DNA of 64,000 nucleotides from Eledone cirrhosa (GCA_964016885.1 OZ024741.1:101680001-101744000), one strand, 5' to 3'; positions 42,451 to 55,029 are shown, counted from the stretch's first letter. Notes: generated by a model from the sequence alone, not told the origin. Numbers and translations: made by a program.

Positions 42451-43156
42451 CGGGAGAGATGACCCCTTAGCCCCGGGAGAGATGACTCCTTAGCCTTTGT
42501 CAAGGCAGAATTCTAGGAGAAGGGAAACTCTGATATAACACCTGCAACCCTGATGGTATCCAATGATGTTGACTTGTTCTTCTTTTTGGTAAATATCATC
42601 TTGGTTAAGAGAGTGGGACTGGCTTTGTGCAGTGCCTTTGCTCACTATAAAAGCTTCTCGGCACAGGCATTGCTTTATATCTGGAGATCTCTCTGCACTT
42701 GTCATCACATGGTACCATGGGCCCAGCACTATGTGTCAATAATTATCACAAGTGTAGTCTTTGTACCAGAGTTTTCAAGTCGCTGGCTGGACTAAAAAGT
42801 CACACTCGTTGAGCGCATCTGTAGAGGTTCTCCTACATGGATATAAAGTAGTGGCCGTACTCGAAAACGAGTTGGCAGCGACTATGTATGTATGTATGTA
42901 TGTATGTATGTATGTATGTATGTATGTATGTTCTTCTGGTTTTATAATTTCACAAATTTTAACCAATAGAGAGAGAGAGAGTCGGTTTCTAACATAGATA
43001 CAAGACTCTCTCAGTGGAATTTACACAACATCAACTAGGAATATATATATGTATATGTATATTATTATTGTTGTTGTTGTCGTTATTATTATTGTTGTTG
43101 TTATTATTATTATTATTATTGTTATTAATATATGTGTATGTATATATATGTGTATG

Positions 43157-43187
<31 letters not shown>

Positions 43188-45195
43188 GTGTGTATATATA
43201 TATATATATTTTTTTTTTCTCGTGCAATGGCCATACTCGATAACGAGGAGGCAGCCATCATCATGTATGTATGTATGTATGATTGTATGTATGTATGTAT
43301 GTATGTATGTATGTATGTATGTATGTATGTATGTATGTATGTATGTATGTATGTATGTAGGGTCACCACTTGGTGCTACTGGTAACATGTATCCCAGTAC
43401 AACCTGTCTCATGGTCGGGTCGTTGGCGACTAAACTGGCAACCCCACCAAGGTTTCTTAGTGAGGAGGGTGACTTTGGACATCCTGCAGGACTAAAAACA
43501 AAATCTGTCAAAGGGCAAAGGAGCTCTTAAGAGTCAATGGCCATCCAAAATCACTGGGAGAGATGACCCCTTAGCCTTTGTCAAGGCAGAATTCTAGGAG
43601 GAAAACTCTGATATAACACCTGCAACCCTGATGGTATCCAATGATGTTGACTTGTTCTTCTTTTTGGTAAATATCATCTTGGTTAAGAGAGTGGGACTGG
43701 CTTTGTGCAGTGCCTTTGCTCACTATAAAAGCTTCACGGCACAGGCATTGCTTTATATCTGGAGATCTCTCTGCACTTGTCGTCACATGGTACCAAAGGC
43801 AAAGCACTATGTGTCGATAATTGTCACAAGTGTAGTGTTTGTACCAGAGTTTTCAAGTCGCTGGCTGGACTAAAAAGTCACACTCGTTCAGCGCATCGGT
43901 AGGGGTTCTCCTACATGGATATAAAGTAGTGGCCGTACTCGAAAACGAGTTGGCAACCACCATGTATGTATGTAACTGGTAACATGTATCCCAGTACAAC
44001 CTGTCTCATGGTCGGGTCGTTGGCGACTAAACTGACAACCCCACCAAGGTTTCTTGGTGAGGAGGGTGACTTTGGACATCCTGCAGGACTAAAAACAAAA
44101 CCTGTCAAAGGGCAAAAAAGCTCTTAAGAGTCAATGGCCATCCAAAATCACCGGGAGAGATGACCCCTTAGCCTTTGTCAAGGCAGAATTCTAGGAGAAG
44201 GAAAACTCTGATATAACACCTGCAACTCTGATGGTATCCAATGATGTTGACTTGTTCTTCTTTTTGGTAAATATCATCTTGGTTAAGAGAGTGGGACTGG
44301 CTTTGTGCAGTGCCTTTGCTCACTATAAAAGCTTCACAGCACAGGCATTGCTTTATATCTGGAGATCTCTCTGCACTTGTCGTCACATGGTACCATGGGC
44401 CCAGCACTATGTGTCAGTAATTGTCACAAGTGTACTGTTTGTACCAGAGTTTTCAAGTCGCTGGCTGGACTAAAAAGTCACACTCGTTCAGCGCATCGGT
44501 AGGAGTTCTCCTACATGAATATAAAGTAGTGGCCGTACTCGAAAACGAGTTGGCAGCCACCATGTATGTATGTATGTATGTATGTATGTATGTATGTATG
44601 TATGTATGTATGTATGTATAACCTGTCTCATGGTCGGGTCGTTGGCGACAAAACTGGCAACCCCACCAAGGTTTCTTGGTGAGGAGGATGACTTTGGACA
44701 TCCTGCAGGACTAAAAACAAAGCCTGTCAAAGGGAAAAGGAGCTCGTAAGAGTCAATGGCCATCCAAAATCACCGGGAGAGATGACCCCTTAGCTTTTGT
44801 CAAGGCAGAATTCTAGGAGAAGGAAAACTCTGATATAACACCTGCAACCCTGATGGTATCCAATGATGTTGACTTGTCCTTCTTTTTGGTAAATATCATC
44901 TCTGTTAAGAGAGTGGGACTGGCTTTGTGCAGTGCCTTTGCTCACTATAAAAGCTTCACGGCACAGGCATTGCTTTATATCTGGAGATCTCTCTGCACTT
45001 GTCGTCACATGGTACCATGGGCCCAGCACTATGTGTCAATAATTGTTACAAGTGTATTGTTTGTACCAGAGTTTTCAAGTCTCTGGCTGGACTAAAAAGC
45101 CGCATTCGTTCAGCGCATCGGTAGGGATTCTCCTACATGGATACAAAGTAGTGGCCGTACTCGAAAACGAGTTGGCAGCCACCATGTATGTATGT
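42451..45195 (+). repeat. Tandem array of 4 copies of a ~620-bp non-autonomous RTE-derived retroposon with (TATG)n tails
   Basis: Copies ~42451-42930, 43360-43974, 43975-44619 and 44620-45195; head matches 29894-30085; 3' part encodes the C2H2 finger remnant CSLCTRVFKSLAGLKSH. Confidence 0.9.
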
Positions 45196-45661
45196 ATGTG
45201 TATGTGTGTGTGTGTGTGTGTATGTGTGTGTGTGTGTGTACGTGTACATATACACACATTTCATATTTATAGGGTAAACGTTTCTTGTTGGAATCGTATG
45301 TCAACTGTGCCCTGAATTCATTTCCCATAAAAACTATACAGGCGAAAATATGAGCAGATACTAATATAGTTAGGGGTTGTTTATGCTTTTGAATGCTATG
45401 CCAAAAATATGCAAAGAATTTACGTAAACACTTGTTGATTGTAGCCAAGTTATATTTTTTAAATCTGTTTTCGACTGTGTACATGCAGGAGACATTTCTA
45501 CCATTTATAGGATCCCAAATGAAAAAGACATTAAACTTAAATAAAGTATGTAGAAATAATTTTACATCAGTAATTTGTTTTCATTTTTCGTACAAAGAAG
45601 TATTTGATATCACGTTGATGAAGTGAGCTTTTCGATATTTGTTTTGATAATTCAACAAGAT

Positions 45662-45846
45662 AATTGTTTCTACTTTTGGCACAAGGCCAGCAATTATTCC
45701 AGTGTATTACTGGTACTTTATTTTATCGACCCCGTAAGGATGAAAGGCAAAGTTAACCTCACCGGGAATTGAACTCAGACCATAAAGGGTCGTAACTCTT
45801 TGCTGCAAAGCATGGCGTCCGACCCTCTACCGATACTGCCAATCCA
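45662..45846 (-). mobile_element. tRNA-derived SINE family 1
   Basis: Family sequence match. Confidence 0.88.
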
Positions 45847-46079
45847 TCATAATGAGTTAACAATAAGGTTCTAATACAAGGTTCATTGCATTGTTGGTTC
45901 AGTGCTGGTTTTGTTAGCGAATACTAAACACGCTGGTTTTTGTCAAATTCCACCCGTTATGACGAGGTTACAAAATAATTTTTTATTTTGCCTTTCATAG
46001 CCTGAAAGTGTTCCAGAAATGTAAGAACTCAAAGGCTCGTTAAAATAAAATTGATTGATTGATTTTGCTTGTCATCTTT

Positions 46080-47604
46080 CACAATGAATAAGAAAATGAA
46101 AACCAGAAAGTATTTGATTGCTTGAGAGAAAGCCCGAGGAGCAGTTACCTTAGACTCGTCTCCCCCCCCCAAAAAAAACAACAAGTGCGCTTATGTTTTC
46201 TCTATCATCACATCGAACTTGAGGAAACAATTTCAGTTGCTGTAAAAAAAAAAAAAACACTAGCCAGAAGATCCAGGCAGTGTGGGGAAAAGCATTTGCA
46301 CTTCAATCGAAAAATTGTATAAGAGTATCAAGGATAGAAAAAGAAAAGACAAGGATGACTGACAAAGAAATTGCAAAGCACGAGATTTGGAAAGGTGATC
46401 TCGAGGACATTTTTGATAGTGCATCCAGGTCGTTCTCAAACAAAAGGGTCTCTCATATGAAGACAAAACGTTCCTTGAGACACGGCGGGATGATCGGATG
46501 TCTTCATTCACGGCTGGTGTTGATGAAAAGCATATGAGAGCCATTCAGAAGAAGGAAAAGAAAATTCCTGATATGAACGTAATAAAGAGAAAGCAGGATG
46601 AAGACGTCAAGAAGATGTCCTAGAAAGTAGCTCTTGAAAATTCTTCATCCAGCTCAGCTAATAGTGATGATGATGATCAAATCTTCAAGTCAGCACCGCC
46701 CTGAAAATTACAACGAATAAAGCCGACTCTCGACGCCACTCTTGTTGCCAGTGGGAACGGGAGTAACTATAGGTATAGCAAGCAAGTACTTCTTACATCA
46801 CAATTGCGAAGAATCTTGGTCATAATGTGTCTGAACTCTCGGCTTCCCCTTCAACTGTTTATCGAGCAAGAGCCAATCGCCGTGAGAAGATGGATCAGGA
46901 AATCGAGTTATCCACTCTCCCACCTGAAGACAGATCCTGGCTAATTCTACACTGGGATGGAGAATTATTGCCATCGGCTTCCCGATCCAGTACACTCGAA
47001 GATTGGATTACAGTTTTAATTACAGGAAAAGGGGAGGAGGAGTTCTTAGATGTTCCGATTGCAAGAGATTGAACTGGACAACAAATCGCTGAACTTCTTT
47101 TGTAGGATAGAATAATTGGTATGTCCTTCAACACCACCGCCAGTAACACCGGCATGCACCAAGGAGCTAATACGAACATTGAAATAGCTATGAAAAATCC
47201 CTTTTGTGGATGGCTTGCCGCCATCACATCCTCGAACTGGTTTTGAAGAAAGCCTTCGAGATCTTTTTCCCATCAGTTGATCCCGATATCCTAATGTTCA
47301 AAAAGTTCCAGGAACGTTGGAATTTATCGATAACTCTCATTATCAAACTATACTGAGCTAATGGAAGACTTTTACAAGAAAAAGAAGGAGGAGAAGGTTG
47401 AATATCTACTGAGTGTCTTGCTTTCAGGAGACCATCTCCGAGACTATACCGAGTTCATAAAGCTCTCCCTTTTCTATCTTGGTGGTTGGCCATCTCTCCA
47501 GCTCTCCTTCTCGGTTCCAGGAGCTTACCTCCAGGCTTGTTGGGTGGCTCAGGTAAAAAATAACCCCGTCATAAATAAAAAGACGTGAAAGTGTGCAACC
47601 CCTA
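46080..47604 (+). mobile_element. Degenerate DDE DNA-transposase gene with a CxxH motif (superfamily uncertain: Sola2/hAT/Kolobok-like)
   Basis: LILHWDGELLP, IIGMSFNTTASNTG.HQGA, and W.ACRHHILELVL remnants across frameshifts. Confidence 0.7.
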
Positions 47605-47787
47605 AATATTATTCGATTGACCTATAATTCGGCATAGTTCGTTATGTCATTAATTTGAACACGGGCGCAATCAATATGAGCTGATTGGTGAATAGTTTAC
47701 AAAATGGAATACACTAATGTATATGAATATGTATGAGAAATAGTGTTTATTCTTGCGCTAGTTTTTGTTTAAAAATATTTGTATTAC

Positions 47788-47932
47788 CTCAGTTGGCACA
47801 CGGCTAGAAACCGGAATGGTAGATTGAAGATGGTGGATAGAGGTGAATTTCCTGATTCTACAGAAGGCTTGTTTACTTGAAACATCAAGAACCATGCTGC
47901 AGGAGACAGCTTGATATCTAGTAATCTAAATG
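47788..47932 (-). CDS. Candidate exon of an unidentified gene
   Basis: Long polypyrimidine tract + cag/tag acceptor, donor GAG|gtaata; open frame MVLDVSSKQAFCRIRKFTSIHHLQSTIPVSSRVPTE from ATG 47895. Confidence 0.35.
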
Positions 47933-48699
47933 CTGGCAAAGAAACAACGAAATGTTGAGTAATGAGAAGAAAAAAGTAATAATTATTTCTACATTTGGCA
48001 CAAGGCCAGTAATTTTAAGAGAAGCGGAAAGTGGATTAAATCGGTCCAGGTGTGTTACTAGTCCTTTATTTCATCGACCCCTTAAGCTAACCTCGTTAGG
48101 ATTTAAACTCAGAAACTAAAGTGAAGGAATAAATACTGTTATCCAACATTATAATGACGCTGGTAGGATAAATAAAGAGCGAAGAAAGGAAAATAGATGA
48201 ATAAAAACCAGATTCAAAATCTTAATATATTTGTGTATTTATTTTGTTAGCACGCGTGCGAATTCTTAAGGAGTCTGCTCTGCCATCTTGTCAGTTTCTG
48301 GCAACACTTCCTTAGTAGTGTTGTTGTTGTCGTCACCGTTGTTGTTTCTTCTTCTTCTTCTTCTTCTTCTTCTTCAGACTTTCAATGTGATCTACAATAT
48401 ATGAAATGTTTACTGTTATTTCATTTGATAAGTGTTATATTATATAACACCCCCTCTCTCTCTCTATATATATATATACATTTACTCAGTAATCCACGTG
48501 CTTTATTCTTTACAAAGGGATATACAAATTTGTGACAAAAAATGTAGACCCGCCCCCTAAAAAGACCGAAAATTGTATATTTCAAAAAGATAAATATATT
48601 GGTATGTAAATGTTTTTTGATATATTCGCGTGCATATTGCAAAAAGAAAAATTAAAAGAAAAATTATCTGGTCAAAATTACTACTTACAGTTAGTGGCG

Positions 48700-50330
48700 A
48701 ATATTTCTAAGTCGGAGAAATATAAATGACGGTGTTCGTTACGGTGGATTTAAGTAACCCTGAGAAGCGAGCAAGGCTATATGTTAGGTGCATGTGGGAT
48801 TGTGGTTCAGAGATATTCCGCTATGTTCACCCAGTTTAATATTGTGGACATTCATCCTTTGATATTAAAGCCAGTCTTAAGAGTAGTTTCGTTACGATCA
48901 ACGTCTACAAAATAGATCTAATTATACATTCTCGCAAGAGAATAGCGGGTTAATTTGGGTGAAAAATTGTGATCCAGAGGATCTAGTTGACATCTAGTTG
49001 GCATCACATAACGCATATGTGTGCAACCTGGTTAGATTACATATCCTAGACCTGCTGAAGTACAGATTCCTTAAACTTAATGTTGGTATATATCGAGACG
49101 ATGGCTAAGCATTCTCACAGAATTATGATTATCACACATTAGACTCCTATAAGGAGCTAATATCCACATTTCATAACATGGAGCTTAAGGTATGTGCAAT
49201 TACTAATCTAGGCAAGTGGTTTTCCTAGTTGTTACTCTCGACCTAATCACAGGTACTAACAAACCATTACATAAGCCTAACTGAATAATGAGAAACTTAG
49301 TTTTATTTATTAAATCCCTTCAGGGCGGTGGATTGGCAGTATCAGTAGAGGGTCGGGCGTCATGCTTTGAAGCATAGAGTTATCTCCCTTTATGATCTGA
49401 GTTCAAATCCCACCGAGGTTAATTTTGCCTTTCATCCTTACGGGGTCGATAAAATAAAGTACCAGTAATGCACTGGGATAATTGCTGGCCTTGTGCCAAA
49501 AGTAGAAACAATTATTAAATTCCTTTAAATTTTTTATTATTTTCAAATTTCTTATCAAGAGACTTAGATATATAAATAAGGAATTCTGCCATACTGCTTG
49601 ATCTTTATAAGCATAATCTCTAAAGTCACCAGTGGAATCTCTAGTCTATCCCCCTCTAAAGATATATTTGATGAGGCAATACACTAATACAATAAAACCT
49701 TCCTAGATAGCGGCTTCAAAGATAAGAGCTACTATAATTCCTCTACATCCATACCCCAAAGATCCATTAAAGGTTGGGGTTAAATAGGTAAGAGATCTAG
49801 CAGAGAAGTATTACCCATCACAACAGAGATATAACTAATCTTTGGTAGACGCTCTGTGAAGATCAGATACTTTTGTGCTCCGAGCATGAGGTAAATTATA
49901 ACAGCTAGACCTAAATCTGAGGAGAACCCAGGCTGCTCATGCAAGAAGAAGATTGCTCATTGGACCAGATAAGTAACATAAATTAGGTCGTATATAAGGC
50001 CAAACTTGCAATTGATGCCTCCAATGATACAGTGACAAAAACAATAAATAAAAAAAAAAAAACGAAAGCAAAAGAAAATTTAAGCAGAGGTATTACATGG
50101 TTATGAGAACGTCCTAGGTTTAACAAACCACATATTGGCATTGAAAGAAAAAAAAAGACATTCACTACAATATCAATTGGAGAGTCATCGAAAAACTTAA
50201 ACCCTACATTAATGGGCATAAGTGATGCTGGCTTTGCACAACTAAAATTATCCCAATTCTTCAATGATTACATCCTCTAATAAATACCTCAATGCGAAAA
50301 TAACCCTCTAAAACACCAGCAAATCCAGTG
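48700..50330 (+). mobile_element. Highly decayed Penelope-like element interrupted by a MITE/SINE
   Basis: Remnants SFDIK, IYRDDG (~49088), KPLHKPN and VVYKA. Confidence 0.6.
49322..49516 (+). mobile_element. tRNA-derived SINE family 1
   Basis: A-box tggcagtatcag, B-box gttcaaatcc, core, and tail gtagaaacaattatt. Confidence 0.9.
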
Positions 50331-51081
50331 AACCGGATTTTTGTATAAATGTATATATACTCACACATAGGCACACACACACATAGATACATACATACAC
50401 ATATACATACTTACGTACACACACATACATACATGCACGCGCACACATACATACTTACACACAAATACACACATACATGCATACATACATATACACGCAT
50501 ACACACATAGAGAAGCAACGGTAACATTGAAAAATTGTATGTTGATATTACGTCATTTCATGCTGGTCTGTTGCCATTGATATCAAGATCGCACGTTTGG
50601 TTCAACAGTTTGCCAGTCAAAACAATTCTTCTCACCTTAGGTGGAGAACAAAGATTTTGATACAGACTCCAAATGTTTTATATTCCTGTAGAATATAAAG
50701 AACAATTTTACGGTTGAATTGCTTTTGAACATAAATTTGATGGGTTAGGGTGACCGATTGGGTGTAAACGAAGAGATCTACAACTTGTAAGAAGATACTA
50801 ACTCTTTCATTAGAATAATTCTAATGAATAATTCTCATTAGGTACCGCCTATAATATTTAAATATATTTCAAAATAATCAAATATTTGAAAGGATTTAGT
50901 AATATAACTAACTTTCTTATTATCCAGGTTGTGTTTGGAACATAACAATAAAAGTTCAAACATCAAATTGTAATGAAATATCTTTTGATAAATATAAACC
51001 TTTCGTTAGCATATTTTAATGAAAGACACTGCTTATGATTTTTAAAGAAATTTGAAAATAATAAAGAATTTAAGGGAATTT

Positions 51082-51278
51082 AATAATTATTTCTACTTTT
51101 GGCACAAGGCCAGCAATTATCTCAGTACATTACTGGTACTTTATTTTATCGACTCCGTAAGGATGAAAGGCAAAATTAACCTCGATGGGATTTGAACTCA
51201 GATCATAAAGGGAGGTAATTCTATGCTTCAAAGCATGGCGCCCGACCCTTTACCGATACTGCCAATCCACCGCCCTGA
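51082..51278 (-). mobile_element. tRNA-derived SINE family 1, inverted relative to 49322 and with shared flanks
   Basis: Family match; ~45 nt of flank on each side also matches the 49.3 kb copy. Confidence 0.88.
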
Positions 51279-52141
51279 AGGGATTTAATAAATAAAACTA
51301 ACTTTCTCATTATTCAGTTGGTTTTTGGAATACAACGAAAGTTCTGTGCAATACCACTCATACCCATAAATATTTTATTTGGAAAAATCCTTAACGGCTT
51401 ATAGGTTGTTTTATGCCACTCTACAGCGTTTGTACCGTTATAACATCTTCACATGAAATTACTTAACCCTTTTGATATCAAACTGCTTAAGACCGGACCT
51501 GGCTCTATGATACAAAACTCTTTATATTTGTTTATAAAATTTCCATAATAATTTCATGTCAGAACTTTTGTTATGTTCCAAAACATCTTTTAAAACAAGG
51601 AGGGATCTTCAGTTCGGGCAATGGAAATTATGTTTTCAGTGGTCCTTCCATTGCTGATGCTATATGCCGGTCGCAACTTCTGGTAGGAGGCGGGGTTAGG
51701 ATTTAGAACGCACAGAACAAGATACCGCAAAACATCCTGTCCATCAATCCACAGCCCCTAAGACTGGTACTTTATTTATCGACCCCCAAAAGATGAAAGG
51801 TAAAGTTGAATTTCATCCTTACGGACACAGAGAGCCGGAATAAATATTGGCGCTCTAACGACTCTACCAATCCGCCACCATAATAACTGTTAGAAGCTCT
51901 GTAATTTCCAAGTAATTAGAATTAAAAATAAAATCTGATAATGTATCTGACCAGTTAGGGCTGAATAATGGAGACTAAATAACAAAATCTACAACTAGTA
52001 ATAGCTGCGTAATCTCTCAACCTCCCTTTACACCTCACTGGTGGTACATCGCATCTTCGATAATGTTGTGCTAGGTTCCCTTCCAACAAGAAAAAGACGT
52101 TATAATAACGGCCATATTTCTTGGGTCTTCACTTTCATTAA

Positions 52142-52379
52142 CCCTTTTGATACTAAACCGCCTGAGACCGTCCCTGATTCTACAATATAAAACTTTGTTT
52201 TAAATTAATTTTACTTATTTATAAACCTTCCATCATAATTTTATGTAAGAACTTTTGTGATATTATGTTCGAAACATCAGCTTAATAATGAGGAAGTTGG
52301 TTATATTACTAAATCCTTCCAAATTCCTGTTTATTTTCAAAATAATTTGAAAGTCATAGGAAATATGGTAATAATAGGG
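52142..52379. mobile_element. piggyBac-type MITE
   Basis: TTAA|CCCTTTTGATAC ... GTAATAATAGGG|TTAA; a second left end at ~51463. Confidence 0.6.
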
Positions 52380-52685
52380 TTAAAGAGATGGGACCTAGAA
52401 TGATCTTAGGGTGATCATAGGCCTGTGGGTTAAGATTAAACAACTCAAAGTACAACTAGAAATAGCAGCTAAATCTTCCTTCAATCATACCTTACCACTT
52501 TAAATGGAGAAGACTACGTTGGAGAAGTGGGGCACGCTAAATAACCATATCGTAGGGCTTGCCTAGGGCGCTAAATATCCAGATGTATATTGCAGAACTA
52601 GTCTAGGGTGCTAAATACTCAGGCACCGTCTCTGCTCGTAAGTGAAATTTTATTTTATTAATGTAAAGATGTTGAAATGTGTTAC

Positions 52686-52832
52686 GTTTTTCGTCCAATA
52701 ACAGTTACTGCAATATTCGAAACACAGGCTTGAGATGGTAGTCCCTTTATATATACTTGGTATGCAGGCTTTAGCCGTTATCACTATACAAGCTACTAAG
52801 GCAAATAGTACTGTAGTAGTTTTTCGTTTCAT
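52686..52832 (-). CDS. Candidate first coding exon of a small secreted Cys-rich protein
   Basis: Acceptor tttcag (exon begins 52856); MKRKTTTVLFALVACIVITAKA signal-peptide-like, then CIPS...LCFEYCSNCYWTKN; possible donor gtaaca. Confidence 0.5.
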
Positions 52833-53394
52833 TCTGAGTTTGGAAATATATTCCGCCTGAAAATAGTAAATGAAACAACAACAACGATGACGACAACAAC
52901 AACAACAGCAATGACACGGCAGTAACAATAATGATGACAAGGAACGCAACAACAGCGACGACAACAGCAACAAACGTCAAAAATAGACATTAAAAAATAT
53001 ATATAGATTCTTTGGAACGTTACTCTGCGGTATAGTGCAACTAAACTTGCCTGAAATCATACCCTACTCTCATTAAATTAGAATGAGATGTTTGATAATG
53101 TAGTATTAGATATACAATTCATGGAAGAAGGACAGCATGGTGATGGCTGTAATGATTTTCATTGTAGGTTTGTTAAGTCAAGACTAACATGGAACTAAAT
53201 AACAATAACAACAATATTTAAGATACACACATAGACAACATTTAATCGATTATTGATCTCTGTCCTTGATTCCCCTTATACCATGTATATTTATGAATGT
53301 CTTGCGCTGGCGGAGGGTGTTCATAATAGAGAGTCCATTGCTAGAATAGAAGTCTAATAAGGCCTCCTCTCAATTCATATTTAGATCGGGATCA

Positions 53395-54985
53395 CCGTGC
53401 CTTCCAATCATTCCTTTCCATGTCAGGTAGTCAGTGCCAATATGTACATTGGAGTCTCCCATCAGGGTATATCACTCAGTCTTAACTACATCTAACGCTG
53501 CAGTGACTTCACCAAGGAAGGACCTGTATTCAGTCTCTTTGTTTGGTGCATACACTTGCAACACCCACAGAGACCCATCTTTCAGCCCAAGCTTCAAGGG
53601 CAAATACTCCCTCTTAATGGGATCCAGTCCATAACATATTCTGACAGCCGAGAGCTTATGAGTATCCCCACTCCCGACTGCGCAGTCATTTCTGGCGCCA
53701 CACCTGAGTAGTGGAGTTTCCATCCTCCATCCAAATCTACAGTATCAGAGCCACGGAACATTGCTGAGGAAACCACGACTATATCTAGCCAGTAGCATCG
53801 AGCTTCCTCCACTAGTTTCTGATCCTTACCTGCAAAGGTTGTGATGTTCCAGGTTCTAATTGTCGGTTTTCTCTCCGGACACAGCACAGCCGACCAAATA
53901 TTTACACTGCGGCAGGTATTCGAGAAATCGCGACAATATTGACAAGAGGTATATTCTTGTTTTGTCGACCTCGAAAAGGCATATGACCACATTCCTCGAG
54001 ACCTGCTGTAGAAGGTTCTGCAGGAGTATGGGTCAGCTTCTTGTGGCCTCGATGTCTCTGTAGGAATGCCCAAGTATTTGGGTTCAGAAAAATGGTGCTA
54101 AATCGAAACCATTCAAAATGGAAGTTGGACTGTCACCTCTTCTGATCATTATTTTCATGAACAAGATTGACATGTACAGCCAGGTTAGAAGTGATATCAC
54201 GACTGGCAGGTGTAAATCAGTCAGTTGGAATTTGCAGACATCATATTACTTAACTCGACAGAAAGTGATTTCCGACTTGCATTTGATAGGTTTGATGCGG
54301 AGTGCTGCATGGCTAGAAAGAAAATCAGTGCTGCGCAGTGCACTCTACATGTGAATGGAGTTCCACTGAAGCAGGTGGAGAAGTTAATGTATCTCGAGGC
54401 CGTGCTCACGGGTGGTGGAAGACAGGAAGCTGAATTAAGTGCAAGAATTGCAGGAGCTGGTGCAGAAATGCACCAGCTTCAGCACTCGGTAATCAGAAGA
54501 AGGGAGGTAGGTGTAAAAGCAAAACTCGTTATCTTCAATTCGATATTCGTGCCAAAACTAACATATGGTCAGTCATGAATCTTGGGTAATGACCAAAAGA
54601 ATACGATCGCGAATACAAGCAGCCGAAATGGGGTTCCTCAGAAGTCTCTTTGGAGTAACGTTACTCAATAGAGTGCGTAGCTCGGAGATAAGAGAGTCAC
54701 TCCAGGTAGAGCCGCTACTTCTCCGAACTGAGAGATCACAGCTCCGAAACAATAGGCCTGTGGTTAGAATGTCTCGGGAAAGAATCGCTGGACAGATGTT
54801 ACGGGCAAAACCAACAGGTAGGAGACGCAGGCGTAGACCCCGATCAAGATGGTTGGATAATATCCATTAGCTTGGCTGGTCTCACTTGGGGATCTAGCCG
54901 GATAATTTGGAGACGGTTGCTTCTGATAGGACCCGCTGGAAGGAGTATTTGACGAATCTTCCCACACGACCCTCTCAGGAAAAAT
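53395..54985 (+). mobile_element. RTE-clade LINE with an inverted 5' (APE) segment and (AAT)n tail
   Basis: 53395-53860 encodes APE on the - strand (TWNITT, QVYAPN); 53860-54985 encodes RT on the + strand (STADQIFTLRQ, FVDLEKAYD, FADI, ESWVMT). Confidence 0.8.
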
Positions 54986-55017
54986 AATAATAATAATAAT
55001 CATAATATTAATAATAT

Positions 55018-55029
<12 letters not shown>

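Noticed and set aside
43360-43510. HDV-like ribozyme in the head of the tandem unit (P1-like gggtcacc/ggtgactt, later CTAA)
   Set aside because: I could not build P3/L3/P1.1 with the required UCC/GG, and the candidate P2 is not conserved in the 29.9-kb relative
42490-45095. Repeated ~80-aa ORFs on both strands as a tandem gene family
   Set aside because: They arise from the repeated retroposon unit and have no independent coding signal
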